NCBI RefSeq assembly: GCF_000023965.1
Contig: NC_013202.1
Coordinates: 1,380,001 to 1,412,000 of the forward strand
Source of the DNA: Halomicrobium mukohataei DSM 12286
Lineage (GTDB): Archaea; Halobacteriota; Halobacteria; Halobacteriales; Haloarculaceae
Length of the DNA: 32,000 nt
Direction of reading: 5' to 3'
A model generated the notes under the pieces. That model had not been told where the DNA came from and searched no databases. It saw nothing but the letters and a program-made list of their open reading frames with translations. The translations under genes and the position numbers were made by a program. This document shows, piece by piece, positions 24,117-31,999 of this stretch; within the stretch, counting starts at the first letter, position 1, and the number at the start of each line of letters is the position of its first letter.

Positions 24117-26441
24117 ATGAGCGATGAGGGCGACGTGAACGCGCTTCTCGATGAGCGTCCGGATCTCCGAGACGCCCTCGATACAGTTATGTATGTCGAC
24201 GAACAATATGACACTTGGACGTTCGAAGACGTACCGATCGCTTCCGGTCCATTCGGTGAACTCGTTTCCAGCGGTGTCGTAGAGTCTGTCGGTAACGAGT
24301 ACCGACTCACGAACCCTGACGTCACGGCAGCGGCGCTCTCAAGTGGCCCAACAGACCAAGCGGAGTCGCTCGATTTCGGCGATCCCCTCTCTGGATTCGA
24401 GTGGCCAATGTTCGACCGAATAACCTCCCTTGCACTCACCGCCGCGCTCGCCGTCGTCGCACTCGTTCGCGCCCACCCTCTCGGAAGCGTCTACCGGGGT
24501 GGTAACGTCGTCCTCTCGGGCAACGATCCCTACTACTACCGGTACTGGGTCGAGCGGGTCCTCGCGGAGAGCCAGTCGGTGTTCAGTCTTGACACCCTCG
24601 CTGCGTTACCAGGCGGTGTCACGAATGGCGAACCACTGCTGGTCGCGACGCTGTGGTGGGTCTCGGAACTCCTCGGTGACGGCGCGGCTGTCGTCGGCGA
24701 CGTGATGGCGTGGTACCCCGTCGTCACGGCAGTCGTCACGGCGATTTTCGTCTACCTGCTGGCAGTCGCTGTTACCGGCGACAGACGCGTCGGTCTCGCG
24801 GCAGTCCTCCTCTTCGCGATTATCCCCGGCCACGCAATGCGGACCAGCCTGGGTTTCGCGGATCACCACGCCTTCGACTACCCGTGGCTGGCGGCGACGG
24901 CCTACGCGCTGACGGTACTCGCAAGCGTCGACCGGGACGCAGTCACGACCTCGAAAACGTGGCTCGCGAGCGCCCTCCTCGGGATCGTGATCGCCGGCCA
25001 GACGCTGGCCTGGGAGTCCGCGCCGCTGCTCATCGCGGCGGTCGGCCTCGCAGTCGCCGCTGTCGCCCTGGCAGCGGTCGATCAGGGTGAGTCCCCGCTC
25101 GTCCCCGGAGCGCCGATCCTCACCGGCCTCACGATCGCTGCTGGCCTCGCCGCGGCGGGCCACATCTTCGTCGGCTGGCACACGCCACGCGTCGCGTTCT
25201 CGCCGGCGCTGGTCCTCGGTGGGGTCGCCCTCGCACTCCTCGTCGCCGAAGCCGTCCACCGGACGACCGACGATGCGCGCCACCTCCTGGTCATCGATGC
25301 CGTTCTCGCTCCGATTGGCATCCTCACCTTCCGCGAAGCTCGCCCGGAAGACTGGGAGGCGCTCCTGCGGGGCACCGGACGGATCACGGCCGAGCGCAAC
25401 ATCGCCGAGACGGTCGGCCTGTTCGATCCGGACTCCCTGGGAGTCTTGCTCTTGCTGGGGTTTACGCTCGTCATCGCGATCCCGGCGATGGTCGCTGGCG
25501 TCCAACGTGCTCGAACGGCACCGAAGTGGGCGGTGCCGACCGCGTACGTCTGGTACTTCTTCGGACTCGCGACGCTGTCGGTCCGTTTCGTCGGCGAACT
25601 CGCGCCGGTCCTCGCGGTGTTCGCGGGCATCGGTTTCGTGCGACTCGCGGCCTGGATCGACGCTGTCGAGGCGCTCTCGGTCGATGCGACCCGCGCGGCG
25701 CTCCCTGGACTGACCGTGCCGGATCGACGGACGCTCGGGACGCTCACCCTGATCTTCCTGCTCGTCGGCAGCCTCGGAATCGTCCAAGTGCCGGTCAAGA
25801 CCGGCCAGCTCACGGTCGAGGACAGCACCTACCAGAGCGCTGCCTACGTCGCGAACCACTCGGCCCAGCTCAACGAATCCTATCCGGAGAACTACGTCCT
25901 GAGCCAGTGGGGTCGCAACCGCGTGTACAACTACTTTGTCAACGGTGCATCGGAGAGTTACAGCTACGCTCGACAGACGTACGCCGAGTTTCTCGCGAGC
26001 CCCAATGCCGACGAGTGGTACAGTCGGTTCGACGGCCGCGTCGGCTACGTCGTCCTCTCCGAGGACGTCAACACCACCGGTGGGACTGCCTACGCACACC
26101 TCACAGACCACTACGGGAGTCGAACCGCAGATCGGGACGGACTCGCTCACTTCCAGCCACTGTACGTCACGGCAGGCGGCGAGAAACTCACCTACCAGGT
26201 CGTCCCCGGTGCGAACCTGACGGGGCAGGTCGCGCCCAACGAGACAGTCACAGTCCAGACGGACGTGACGATCCCTGGTGCGTCGTTCACGTACGAACGA
26301 CAGACGACGGCCGACGCGGCCGGTCACTACAGCGTCCGCGTTGCCAACCCCGGCACGTACACCATTGAGACGGCCAACGAGACGCGGGAAGCGACCGTCC
26401 AGGCCGGCGCTGTCCGGAACGGTACGGCTGTCGAAGGCTGA
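24117..26441 (+). CDS. aglB: STT3/AglB-family oligosaccharyltransferase homologue with a non-canonical WWDYG position
   Basis: About 100-aa cytoplasmic N-domain followed by about 13 TM segments. First-loop motif GNDPYYYRYW (aa 135-144), DHH (aa 249-251) and TIXE-type NIAE (aa 428-431). The WWDYG position reads SQWGRN (aa 596-601, nt 25902-25919). Short C-terminal domain ending in a carboxypeptidase-regulatory-like beta-sandwich. TATA-like TTTATT at 24088-24093. Confidence 0.8.
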   Translation: MSDEGDVNALLDERPDLRDALDTVMYVDEQYDTWTFEDVPIASGPFGELVSSGVVESVGNEYRLTNPDVTAAALSSGPTDQAESLDFGDPLSGFEWPMFDRITSLALTAALAVVALVRAHPLGSVYRGGNVVLSGNDPYYYRYWVERVLAESQSVFSLDTLAALPGGVTNGEPLLVATLWWVSELLGDGAAVVGDVMAWYPVVTAVVTAIFVYLLAVAVTGDRRVGLAAVLLFAIIPGHAMRTSLGFADHHAFDYPWLAATAYALTVLASVDRDAVTTSKTWLASALLGIVIAGQTLAWESAPLLIAAVGLAVAAVALAAVDQGESPLVPGAPILTGLTIAAGLAAAGHIFVGWHTPRVAFSPALVLGGVALALLVAEAVHRTTDDARHLLVIDAVLAPIGILTFREARPEDWEALLRGTGRITAERNIAETVGLFDPDSLGVLLLLGFTLVIAIPAMVAGVQRARTAPKWAVPTAYVWYFFGLATLSVRFVGELAPVLAVFAGIGFVRLAAWIDAVEALSVDATRAALPGLTVPDRRTLGTLTLIFLLVGSLGIVQVPVKTGQLTVEDSTYQSAAYVANHSAQLNESYPENYVLSQWGRNRVYNYFVNGASESYSYARQTYAEFLASPNADEWYSRFDGRVGYVVLSEDVNTTGGTAYAHLTDHYGSRTADRDGLAHFQPLYVTAGGEKLTYQVVPGANLTGQVAPNETVTVQTDVTIPGASFTYERQTTADAAGHYSVRVANPGTYTIETANETREATVQAGAVRNGTAVEG

Positions 26442-26875
26442 GGGACCAACCATCGTCCGCTCGTGAGGAATTGACTAACCGGAGCGTGTCATACACTAGT
26501 TCTCAGCTAGATCATTTCCCGAGAAATCATGCGAATATAATATAAAATACAGCGTTCCTCTGTATCAAGCGTGAGGCGAAGTGCTCAAAGTCACTGTGTA
26601 GAGGGTGTGAGACGCATTCTATGACACGCTGTAACCGACCTATTTCCGAGGTGGAACCAACCATCCCCTGGCGGAGTGAAAGGGGAAGCAGGCTTGTGGT
26701 GAGCGACCGGCGGATTCGAACCGTGTCGCCTGCGAGCCCCTCTTTGATCGAACGTCATGAGCGAGGAGATGTCGAGCAGCGACCGCGAGTCTGCCGAGGG
26801 CTTTCGAGGTATCCGTTGTCGTAGTCACCTCTCGTCAGGTCGCTGCAAAAATATCAACCGTCGTAGCGAAACCTC

Positions 26876-26883
26876 TTTTATAA
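26876..26883 (+). promoter_or_regulatory. TATA-box-like element for the DUF4330-like gene (leaderless arrangement)
   Basis: TTTTATAA is centred about 26 nt upstream of ATG 26905, the spacing expected for haloarchaeal leaderless transcripts. Confidence 0.35.
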
Positions 26884-26904
26884 CAGCCCGACATTCCGAA
26901 GCGA

Positions 26905-28311
26905 ATGCAACTCATCGACGACGAAGGGAACGTCTTCGGACGCGTCAACGTCATCGACGGGCTCGTGGTCCTCCTGGTTCTCGCTGTCGTGGTTGCCGGT
27001 GTCTCGCTCGTCTTCGGGAACAACGAGCAATCCGAACCGGACCTCCCGACGACGAACGTCACGCTCGATCTCGGTCCCCAACCCGATTACGTCGTCGCGG
27101 AGATGAACCAAGGCGACTCCTACAGTCCCGGCGATAATTCCAATCTCACAATCACGGACATCTATCTCTCACCACAGGACGATCAGACGCACGTCACCGT
27201 CCGTGCTGAGATCCAGGATCGGCCAGACGACAACAGCGATGGTCCCACCTACGCTGACGGTCTCCTTCGCCTCGGCCGTACACTCGATATTGCCACGAGT
27301 CGCTACGAAGTTAGCGGCCAGATCCGTGCCATCGGCGGCGGAACCTCTCTTGATCGAGAGACGACCACTGTCGTCGTTCAGGACACAGTCCCGGCAACTG
27401 ATGCTCGTGCAATTACGACTGGCGATGAGATCCGACTCGCGGGACGGACCATCGCCACGGTAACGGACGTAGCCGCGTACCCGACGAATAAATCGGCGCA
27501 ACGAACCGTCTACGTCGAAGCCGAACTCGAGACGTACGCCCAGCGGGGCGAGCGTCGCTTCGGGAACACGCAACTCCGTCGCGGTCAGACAGTCACCCTC
27601 CCAGCGAGCGAGTACACGATCGACGGCCGACTCGAACGAGTCGGGGGCGGTCTCGATCGCGGGGAGGTCGACGTGCTCGTCGAGAGCACCGTCGACGTCG
27701 AAACGGCAAACCGAATCGCCGAAGGTGACATCGCGACGGTCGCCGGACACGAAACAGCTGAAGTACAGCGGGTCACGACGTACGCGACGGGGAATCCCGA
27801 CAAAGCGCACGTGTTCGTCGGGATCACGCTTCAGACGCTATCGGACGACCAGTACCAGCAGTTCGGAAGCACGCACGTCCAGCGGGGCAACAACGTCGAA
27901 ATCGAGACCGAGAGCTACGCACTGTCGGGACCGATCCGTCGCGTCGGCGCACTCGAAGAACGTGGTACGCTCAGTAACCGTACCGTCACGCTCCGGATGA
28001 CCGACATCCGCGAGGATACGACGGACGCGATCGATGTGGGCATGACCGAACACTCGGGTGGCACGACCGTCGCCCGTGTGACCCGCGTCGACATTGACCC
28101 AGCGGTCATCATCGCCACAGACGACAGCGGTTCTGTGAACGTCGTCGATCACCCGTTCCTCCGTGATGTCACACTCACGACGGAGCTGCGGGTCAGAGAA
28201 ACGACCAGCGGCGTCCGGTTCAAGGGCGACACGATCAGACAGGACTCGACGGTCGTGCTCGATTTGGGGACGATCACCGTCCGGACCGAGGTCGCCAGTA
28301 TCGGCGGGTGA
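26905..28311 (+). CDS. Membrane-anchored DUF4330-like protein with four tandem repeats of about 100 aa
   Basis: MQLIDDEGNVFGRVNVIDGLVVLLVLAVVVAG matches the DUF4330 N-terminal signature plus TM helix as I remember it. Four repeats each end in a similar motif: LGRTLDIATSRYEVSGQIRAIGGG, LRRGQTVTLPASEYTIDGRLERVGGG, VQRGNNVEIETESYALSGPIRRVGAL and DSTVVLDLGTITVRTEVASIGG. Confidence 0.7.
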   Translation: MQLIDDEGNVFGRVNVIDGLVVLLVLAVVVAGVSLVFGNNEQSEPDLPTTNVTLDLGPQPDYVVAEMNQGDSYSPGDNSNLTITDIYLSPQDDQTHVTVRAEIQDRPDDNSDGPTYADGLLRLGRTLDIATSRYEVSGQIRAIGGGTSLDRETTTVVVQDTVPATDARAITTGDEIRLAGRTIATVTDVAAYPTNKSAQRTVYVEAELETYAQRGERRFGNTQLRRGQTVTLPASEYTIDGRLERVGGGLDRGEVDVLVESTVDVETANRIAEGDIATVAGHETAEVQRVTTYATGNPDKAHVFVGITLQTLSDDQYQQFGSTHVQRGNNVEIETESYALSGPIRRVGALEERGTLSNRTVTLRMTDIREDTTDAIDVGMTEHSGGTTVARVTRVDIDPAVIIATDDSGSVNVVDHPFLRDVTLTTELRVRETTSGVRFKGDTIRQDSTVVLDLGTITVRTEVASIGG

Positions 28312-28368
28312 CCGCGTTCGAACACCGAAAGCGGGATATCATTCCAGTCAAACTGGTACCCACTTCGA

Positions 28369-28926
28369 ATGGACGCTGAGGAACGCTCGATAACAGCGTA
28401 TCTCGAGGCTGCGGCTGAAGAAGTGGCCCGCCTACCGGATGGTTCACACACCATTCAGATCGGCCAGTCACTCACCGGGTGGATCACAGATGTCACGCGG
28501 GAGTCGTCCCTCTACCGTTGGCTCACCAAAGAGCCGGACCCAGAGGTCATGGTTATTGACCTGGCCGAGACCTACACCGTCGGTCCGTTCATCCGATTGC
28601 TCGATCGACTTATCCCATACGTCGAGCGGGCCTGGAACGGATCAGTGCTCAAGCGCACGACTGCTCGCACGGCCGAGCTGGTACGCGATGTCCCGATCAA
28701 GGTCGCGAGCGTGCTCTTCATCGCCGTGTTACTTGCTCAGACGATTCAGCTTCTCCCGTCTATTCAAAACGAACCCACGACGACCCTCGGGATACACGCT
28801 GTCGCGTGGCTCCTCGCGCTGGGTGGCCTTCGCGTCGACTGGACGCTCGAGGAACTCTCCCAGAGTCGCGTTGGCCGACTTACCCGGGCACTTCTCGAAC
28901 CGCCGGAACCACCGGACGACGACTGA
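28369..28926 (+). CDS. Small acidic membrane protein of unknown function (two C-terminal TM helices)
   Basis: Halophile-like acidic composition. Hydrophobic segments VPIKVASVLFIAVLLAQTIQLL and LGIHAVAWLLALGGLRV. Acidic tail EPPEPPDDD. No family recognised. Confidence 0.6.
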   Translation: MDAEERSITAYLEAAAEEVARLPDGSHTIQIGQSLTGWITDVTRESSLYRWLTKEPDPEVMVIDLAETYTVGPFIRLLDRLIPYVERAWNGSVLKRTTARTAELVRDVPIKVASVLFIAVLLAQTIQLLPSIQNEPTTTLGIHAVAWLLALGGLRVDWTLEELSQSRVGRLTRALLEPPEPPDDD

Positions 28927-29139
28927 ATCCACCGGGGGTCGGTGACTCTGTTCTCCCCAGCGAGGACGGCGCTCAAGTGCGAGACAGTTCAGCGTGGTCG
29001 TACGGTCACATTCGACCTGGGCGAGCAGACAATCCGGGCGACGGTCGTCTCGCTGTAACGGGACACTACGATTTTGCGACGCTCTATTTCTCAGGATCTC
29101 TTTCTGTCGGTCACTCTCTCGTTGACACTCTATTCTCAA

Positions 29140-29165
29140 ATAATTGTGCGTCCGACAATTATATT
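29140..29165 (+). promoter_or_regulatory. Palindromic operator overlapping a TATA-like box upstream of the wHTH gene
   Basis: Perfect inverted repeat ATAATTGT-N7-ACAATTAT (29140-29162). AATTATATT (29157-29165) is centred about 27 nt upstream of ATG 29189. Confidence 0.4.
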
Positions 29166-29188
29166 GCGGTAGGCGACGTACAGTTTGT

Positions 29189-29710
29189 ATGGACGAGTTC
29201 GACCCTGCTCCTGAGCCCGATCGCCAGCGGTGGCAAGCGGGCACGGACACGTTCGGGCGGGTGTACGACGTGTTGCTCGGGACGACGGCACCCACGCCGT
29301 ACGCCGAGATCGCGGAGACGGCCGACTGTTCGCCGAACGCGGCAAAGAAACACCTCGATCGCCTCACGGAGATGGACATCGCTCGTGCCGACACGGACGG
29401 ACAGCCCGCCCGGTACGCGCGCAACGACGCGTATTTCGAGTGGCAAGAGGCCAGTCGGATCGCTCGCGAGCACAGCGTCGACGATATCGTCGAACGCGTC
29501 CACGAACTCGAAACGAAGCGTTCGGCATACGAAGAACGGTTCGATGCGACCGATCCGTCGGGAGTCTCGGCGTTCGACGCCGACGGCCACGACGCAGTAC
29601 ACGAGCGAATGGCCGCGATCGGCGACTGGCAAGGGATCGTCCGTGAGATTCGCCTGTACGAACTCGCGCGCCAGATCACCCAGAACGACGGCCACCTCAT
29701 CCCAGCGTGA
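29189..29710 (+). CDS. Winged-helix (wHTH) DNA-binding protein, probable transcriptional regulator
   Basis: ATG 29189 is M16 of the tracked ORF. TPYAEIAETADCSPNAAKKHLDRLTEMDIARADTDGQPARYARND has an HTH + wing pattern. Acidic C-terminal helical part. Confidence 0.7.
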   Translation: MDEFDPAPEPDRQRWQAGTDTFGRVYDVLLGTTAPTPYAEIAETADCSPNAAKKHLDRLTEMDIARADTDGQPARYARNDAYFEWQEASRIAREHSVDDIVERVHELETKRSAYEERFDATDPSGVSAFDADGHDAVHERMAAIGDWQGIVREIRLYELARQITQNDGHLIPA

Positions 29711-30159
29711 CGCCGCCCACAGGCCCGTCGGGGACGACCGGTCCCCCGGATCGACAGACACTGCGACTCCTCGAGAAGCATCTCCGTGACGACCCGCTGG
29801 TCGCGGCGACGAGCTTCGAACCGAGTACACACGAGTTGCGCTCGCTCCGGGCCGAACTCGACGCGGACCGATACCCTGTGTCCGTGGTCGACACTCATCT
29901 AGATGTCCGCTGGTTCGTGTCTGGTGATTTTTCCTTTCACTATAACGAGACGCACGACAGCGGCCGATGGGAGTGTCGATGGGATCGCCATCCGAATGAG
30001 CACAACGCGCGACTCCACTTTCATCGACCTCCAGACGGGAACGCCGTCGAAACCCTCTCGCTGGAGGACACGCATCCGCTCGATCTCTATTCGATCGTGC
30101 TTGGCGCGGTCGAAGAACGTATCGACCACCTGTGGGAAGACTCGACCGAGTCCGACTGA
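29707..30159 (+). CDS. Hypothetical protein (150 aa) with a His/Trp-rich segment RWECRWDRHPNEHNARLHFHRPPDG
   Basis: The GTG start overlaps the upstream stop (GTGA, 29707-29710). Acidic composition, whereas the antisense ORFs are Arg-rich shadows. No family recognised. Confidence 0.6.
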   Translation: MTPPTGPSGTTGPPDRQTLRLLEKHLRDDPLVAATSFEPSTHELRSLRAELDADRYPVSVVDTHLDVRWFVSGDFSFHYNETHDSGRWECRWDRHPNEHNARLHFHRPPDGNAVETLSLEDTHPLDLYSIVLGAVEERIDHLWEDSTESD

Positions 30160-30179
30160 CCGAAATCAACTTCGAACCA

Positions 30180-30635
30180 ATGCACCTGCGCTACTACGCC
30201 GAAGCCGACACCGACGTTGACCACCGTCAGACGGTCGAACTCCTCGAATCGATCGCTGATCGACACGCGATCGCAGTCGAGATCGTACAGGTCGAGCCAC
30301 AGAGAGCACCACCCGAGGACTTCTCGGGGACCGTCGAACACCGCACGCTTGCGGAAGCGTGGGACGATTTCACGTACAATCCGGCGCTACAGCAGGGACT
30401 GGGCGAGCCACCGTCGAGTTGCTACGACGGCCCCGAGGACCTCGTCGGCAACGTCGGGATCGTCGTCGACGGCGATCTCGTCTGGGCCACGCGCTTCTGG
30501 GGGACACACCACGGCTGGGGACCCGTCGATCCCGAGGAGACGGCGATCGGCTTCCTCGAAGCGGTCGAAGAGCGAGGTGTCACGGCAATCGACGAACGTC
30601 TTCCGCCTGAAGCACAATTCCTTGAAGAGTCATGA
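30180..30635 (+). CDS. Hypothetical protein (about 151 aa)
   Basis: ATG 30180 lies 20 nt after the upstream stop. The tracked GTG 30132 would overlap that gene by 28 nt. Its stop overlaps the next ATG (ATGA, 30632-30635). No family recognised. Confidence 0.55.
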   Translation: MHLRYYAEADTDVDHRQTVELLESIADRHAIAVEIVQVEPQRAPPEDFSGTVEHRTLAEAWDDFTYNPALQQGLGEPPSSCYDGPEDLVGNVGIVVDGDLVWATRFWGTHHGWGPVDPEETAIGFLEAVEERGVTAIDERLPPEAQFLEES

Positions 30636-31999
30636 CCCGCTCCGATCCCGATTCCGAACTTGATCCCGACTCCCGCGACCTGACACCGACCCGCGATGCC
30701 ATCAGGAGCATCTGCACCGCACAGTCATTCCAGCGCGGCGTCGAGTACGTCGAGGACGGTCGAGTGCGCGACCTCACCGTCACAGGTACCGAGGCGGAGG
30801 CGACGGTCAGGGGAAGCCACGACTACCGAACGGCCGTCGACCTGTCAGTCGAGGGGTTCGACCCGCAGTGTTCGTGCCCGTACGACCACGCCGGCGAGTG
30901 CAAGCACGTCGTCGCGGTGTTACTGACTGTGATTGAACAGTCGGCAGAACTGTTCGATGAACATGCGGAACACGATTTTGGAGTGCCAGATCACGAAATG
31001 TTGACATCAGGCGTCGCGGTTGACGATCGATCGACACGGCATGCCGTCGAACGAGCTGTCGACGAGGCTGACCCGGAGACGATGCGGGCGTTCCTGCGCG
31101 ACGTGCTCGCCGAGGACTCCGACCGTCGAGAGCAGTTTCTGGTCGCCGTCGGGACGCCGGCCGAGAAGAGCGTCGCAGACTATCGGCGTGAGATCGACCG
31201 GAAGTTCGAGCAGGCCACGGATCGCCGCGGGATCGTCGCGTACGACACGCAACTCGACTTCCGCCAGTACTACGACCGCGCGGACACCTATCGGGAGCAC
31301 GGCGACCACGAGCGAGCGCTGACGATCTATCGAGCGCTCGCCGAGGGAATCCAGCAGAACCTCGACCGGATCGACGACAGCGGCGGCCACTACGCGGGCC
31401 AGATCGAGCGCGCGATGGACGTAGCCGTCGACTGCATCAACGAGATGGAGTCCGACGCCGAGCGGCGACGCGAGTTCCTCGACACTCTCTTCGAGCAGTA
31501 CGAGGCGACTGAATACGCCTTCGTCATGGAGTACTACGACGACGCGCTCCGGTCGATCTGTGAGACGACCGCGGACCTCGAACACCTCCGTTCGCTGCTG
31601 GAGCCACACCTCCCCTCGCCTGTGGCGGAAGGCGACAAACGCATGGACGAAACGGAAACCAGTGAGGGCGACGAGGGTGGCCTCCCGGACCCGACCCGGG
31701 ACCGCCTCGACGCCGATCTGCTCACCGGTGGTGTGCTCGACATCGACCGTCTCTCCGAGAGCCCGCTCGACGTATCCGATTTCGTCGGCGAGACGCTCGC
31801 GACAAAGCTCGCGTCGACGGAGGCGGGGGGCGCGACTGCAGGCGACAGCCAGCACTCCCAGACGGGACTCTCGGCCGAGGCACAGACGGTGGTCTCGACC
31901 TACGCTTGGGTGCTGTCGGAACTCGACGAGAACGAGGCACTCCGCGCTGTGCTCGAACCGGTCGCAACCGAGACCCCGACGCTCTGTTGCCGATACGTC
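30632..31999 (+). CDS. SWIM zinc-finger domain protein (at least 456 aa; 3' end outside the window)
   Basis: Hand translation of frame 2 from ATG 30632 is open to the window end, and this ORF is absent from the supplied track. It reads MTRSDPDSELDPDSRDLTPTRDAIRSICTAQSFQRGVEYVEDGRVRDL...FDPQCSCPYDHAGECKHVVAVLL, a CxCx(n)CxH SWIM motif at nt 30869-30907. A long acidic helical region follows. The 282-aa antisense ORF 31007-31855 is an Arg-rich shadow. Confidence 0.8.
   Translation, partial: MTRSDPDSELDPDSRDLTPTRDAIRSICTAQSFQRGVEYVEDGRVRDLTVTGTEAEATVRGSHDYRTAVDLSVEGFDPQCSCPYDHAGECKHVVAVLLTVIEQSAELFDEHAEHDFGVPDHEMLTSGVAVDDRSTRHAVERAVDEADPETMRAFLRDVLAEDSDRREQFLVAVGTPAEKSVADYRREIDRKFEQATDRRGIVAYDTQLDFRQYYDRADTYREHGDHERALTIYRALAEGIQQNLDRIDDSGGHYAGQIERAMDVAVDCINEMESDAERRREFLDTLFEQYEATEYAFVMEYYDDALRSICETTADLEHLRSLLEPHLPSPVAEGDKRMDETETSEGDEGGLPDPTRDRLDADLLTGGVLDIDRLSESPLDVSDFVGETLATKLASTEAGGATAGDSQHSQTGLSAEAQTVVSTYAWVLSELDENEALRAVLEPVATETPTLCCRYV

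Noticed and set aside
24606-26453. 615-aa ORF antisense to the aglB-like gene
   Set aside because: It is extremely Arg/Asp/Glu/Pro-rich with no recognisable motifs, and it exactly shadows a GC-rich gene whose sense strand has clear STT3 motifs and TM helices. This is a typical high-GC antisense artefact.
26640-26830. Intact tRNA gene around the GGTTCGAATCC motif, and the ORFs 26621-26824(+) and 26640-26828(-)
   Set aside because: No acceptor 5' strand, D-arm or anticodon stem could be paired, and the T-stem has only 3 canonical pairs in the standard register. The short ORFs are basic and featureless. It is kept only as a low-interest tRNA-fragment observation.
28942-29058. 38-codon GTG-initiated ORF (VTLFSPARTALKCETVQRGRTVTFDLGEQTIRATVVSL) between the membrane-protein gene and the wHTH promoter
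   Set aside because: It has no promoter or SD signal, a basic composition and no recognisable motif. It cannot be distinguished from chance in GC-rich DNA.
29707-30159. HEPN-like R-x4-H motif (RHPNEH) in the 150-aa protein, suggesting a toxin/RNase
   Set aside because: The surrounding sequence (VRWFVSGDFSFHYNE, RWECRWD) looks beta-rich rather than the all-alpha HEPN fold. A single short motif match is not meaningful.
28729-30169. 389-aa and 336-aa minus-strand ORFs (28729-29898, 29159-30169) overlapping the wHTH operon, and the 282-aa ORF 31007-31855
   Set aside because: They are Arg-rich, low-complexity shadow ORFs. The plus strand gives acidic proteins with start/stop coupling, a wHTH and a SWIM motif.
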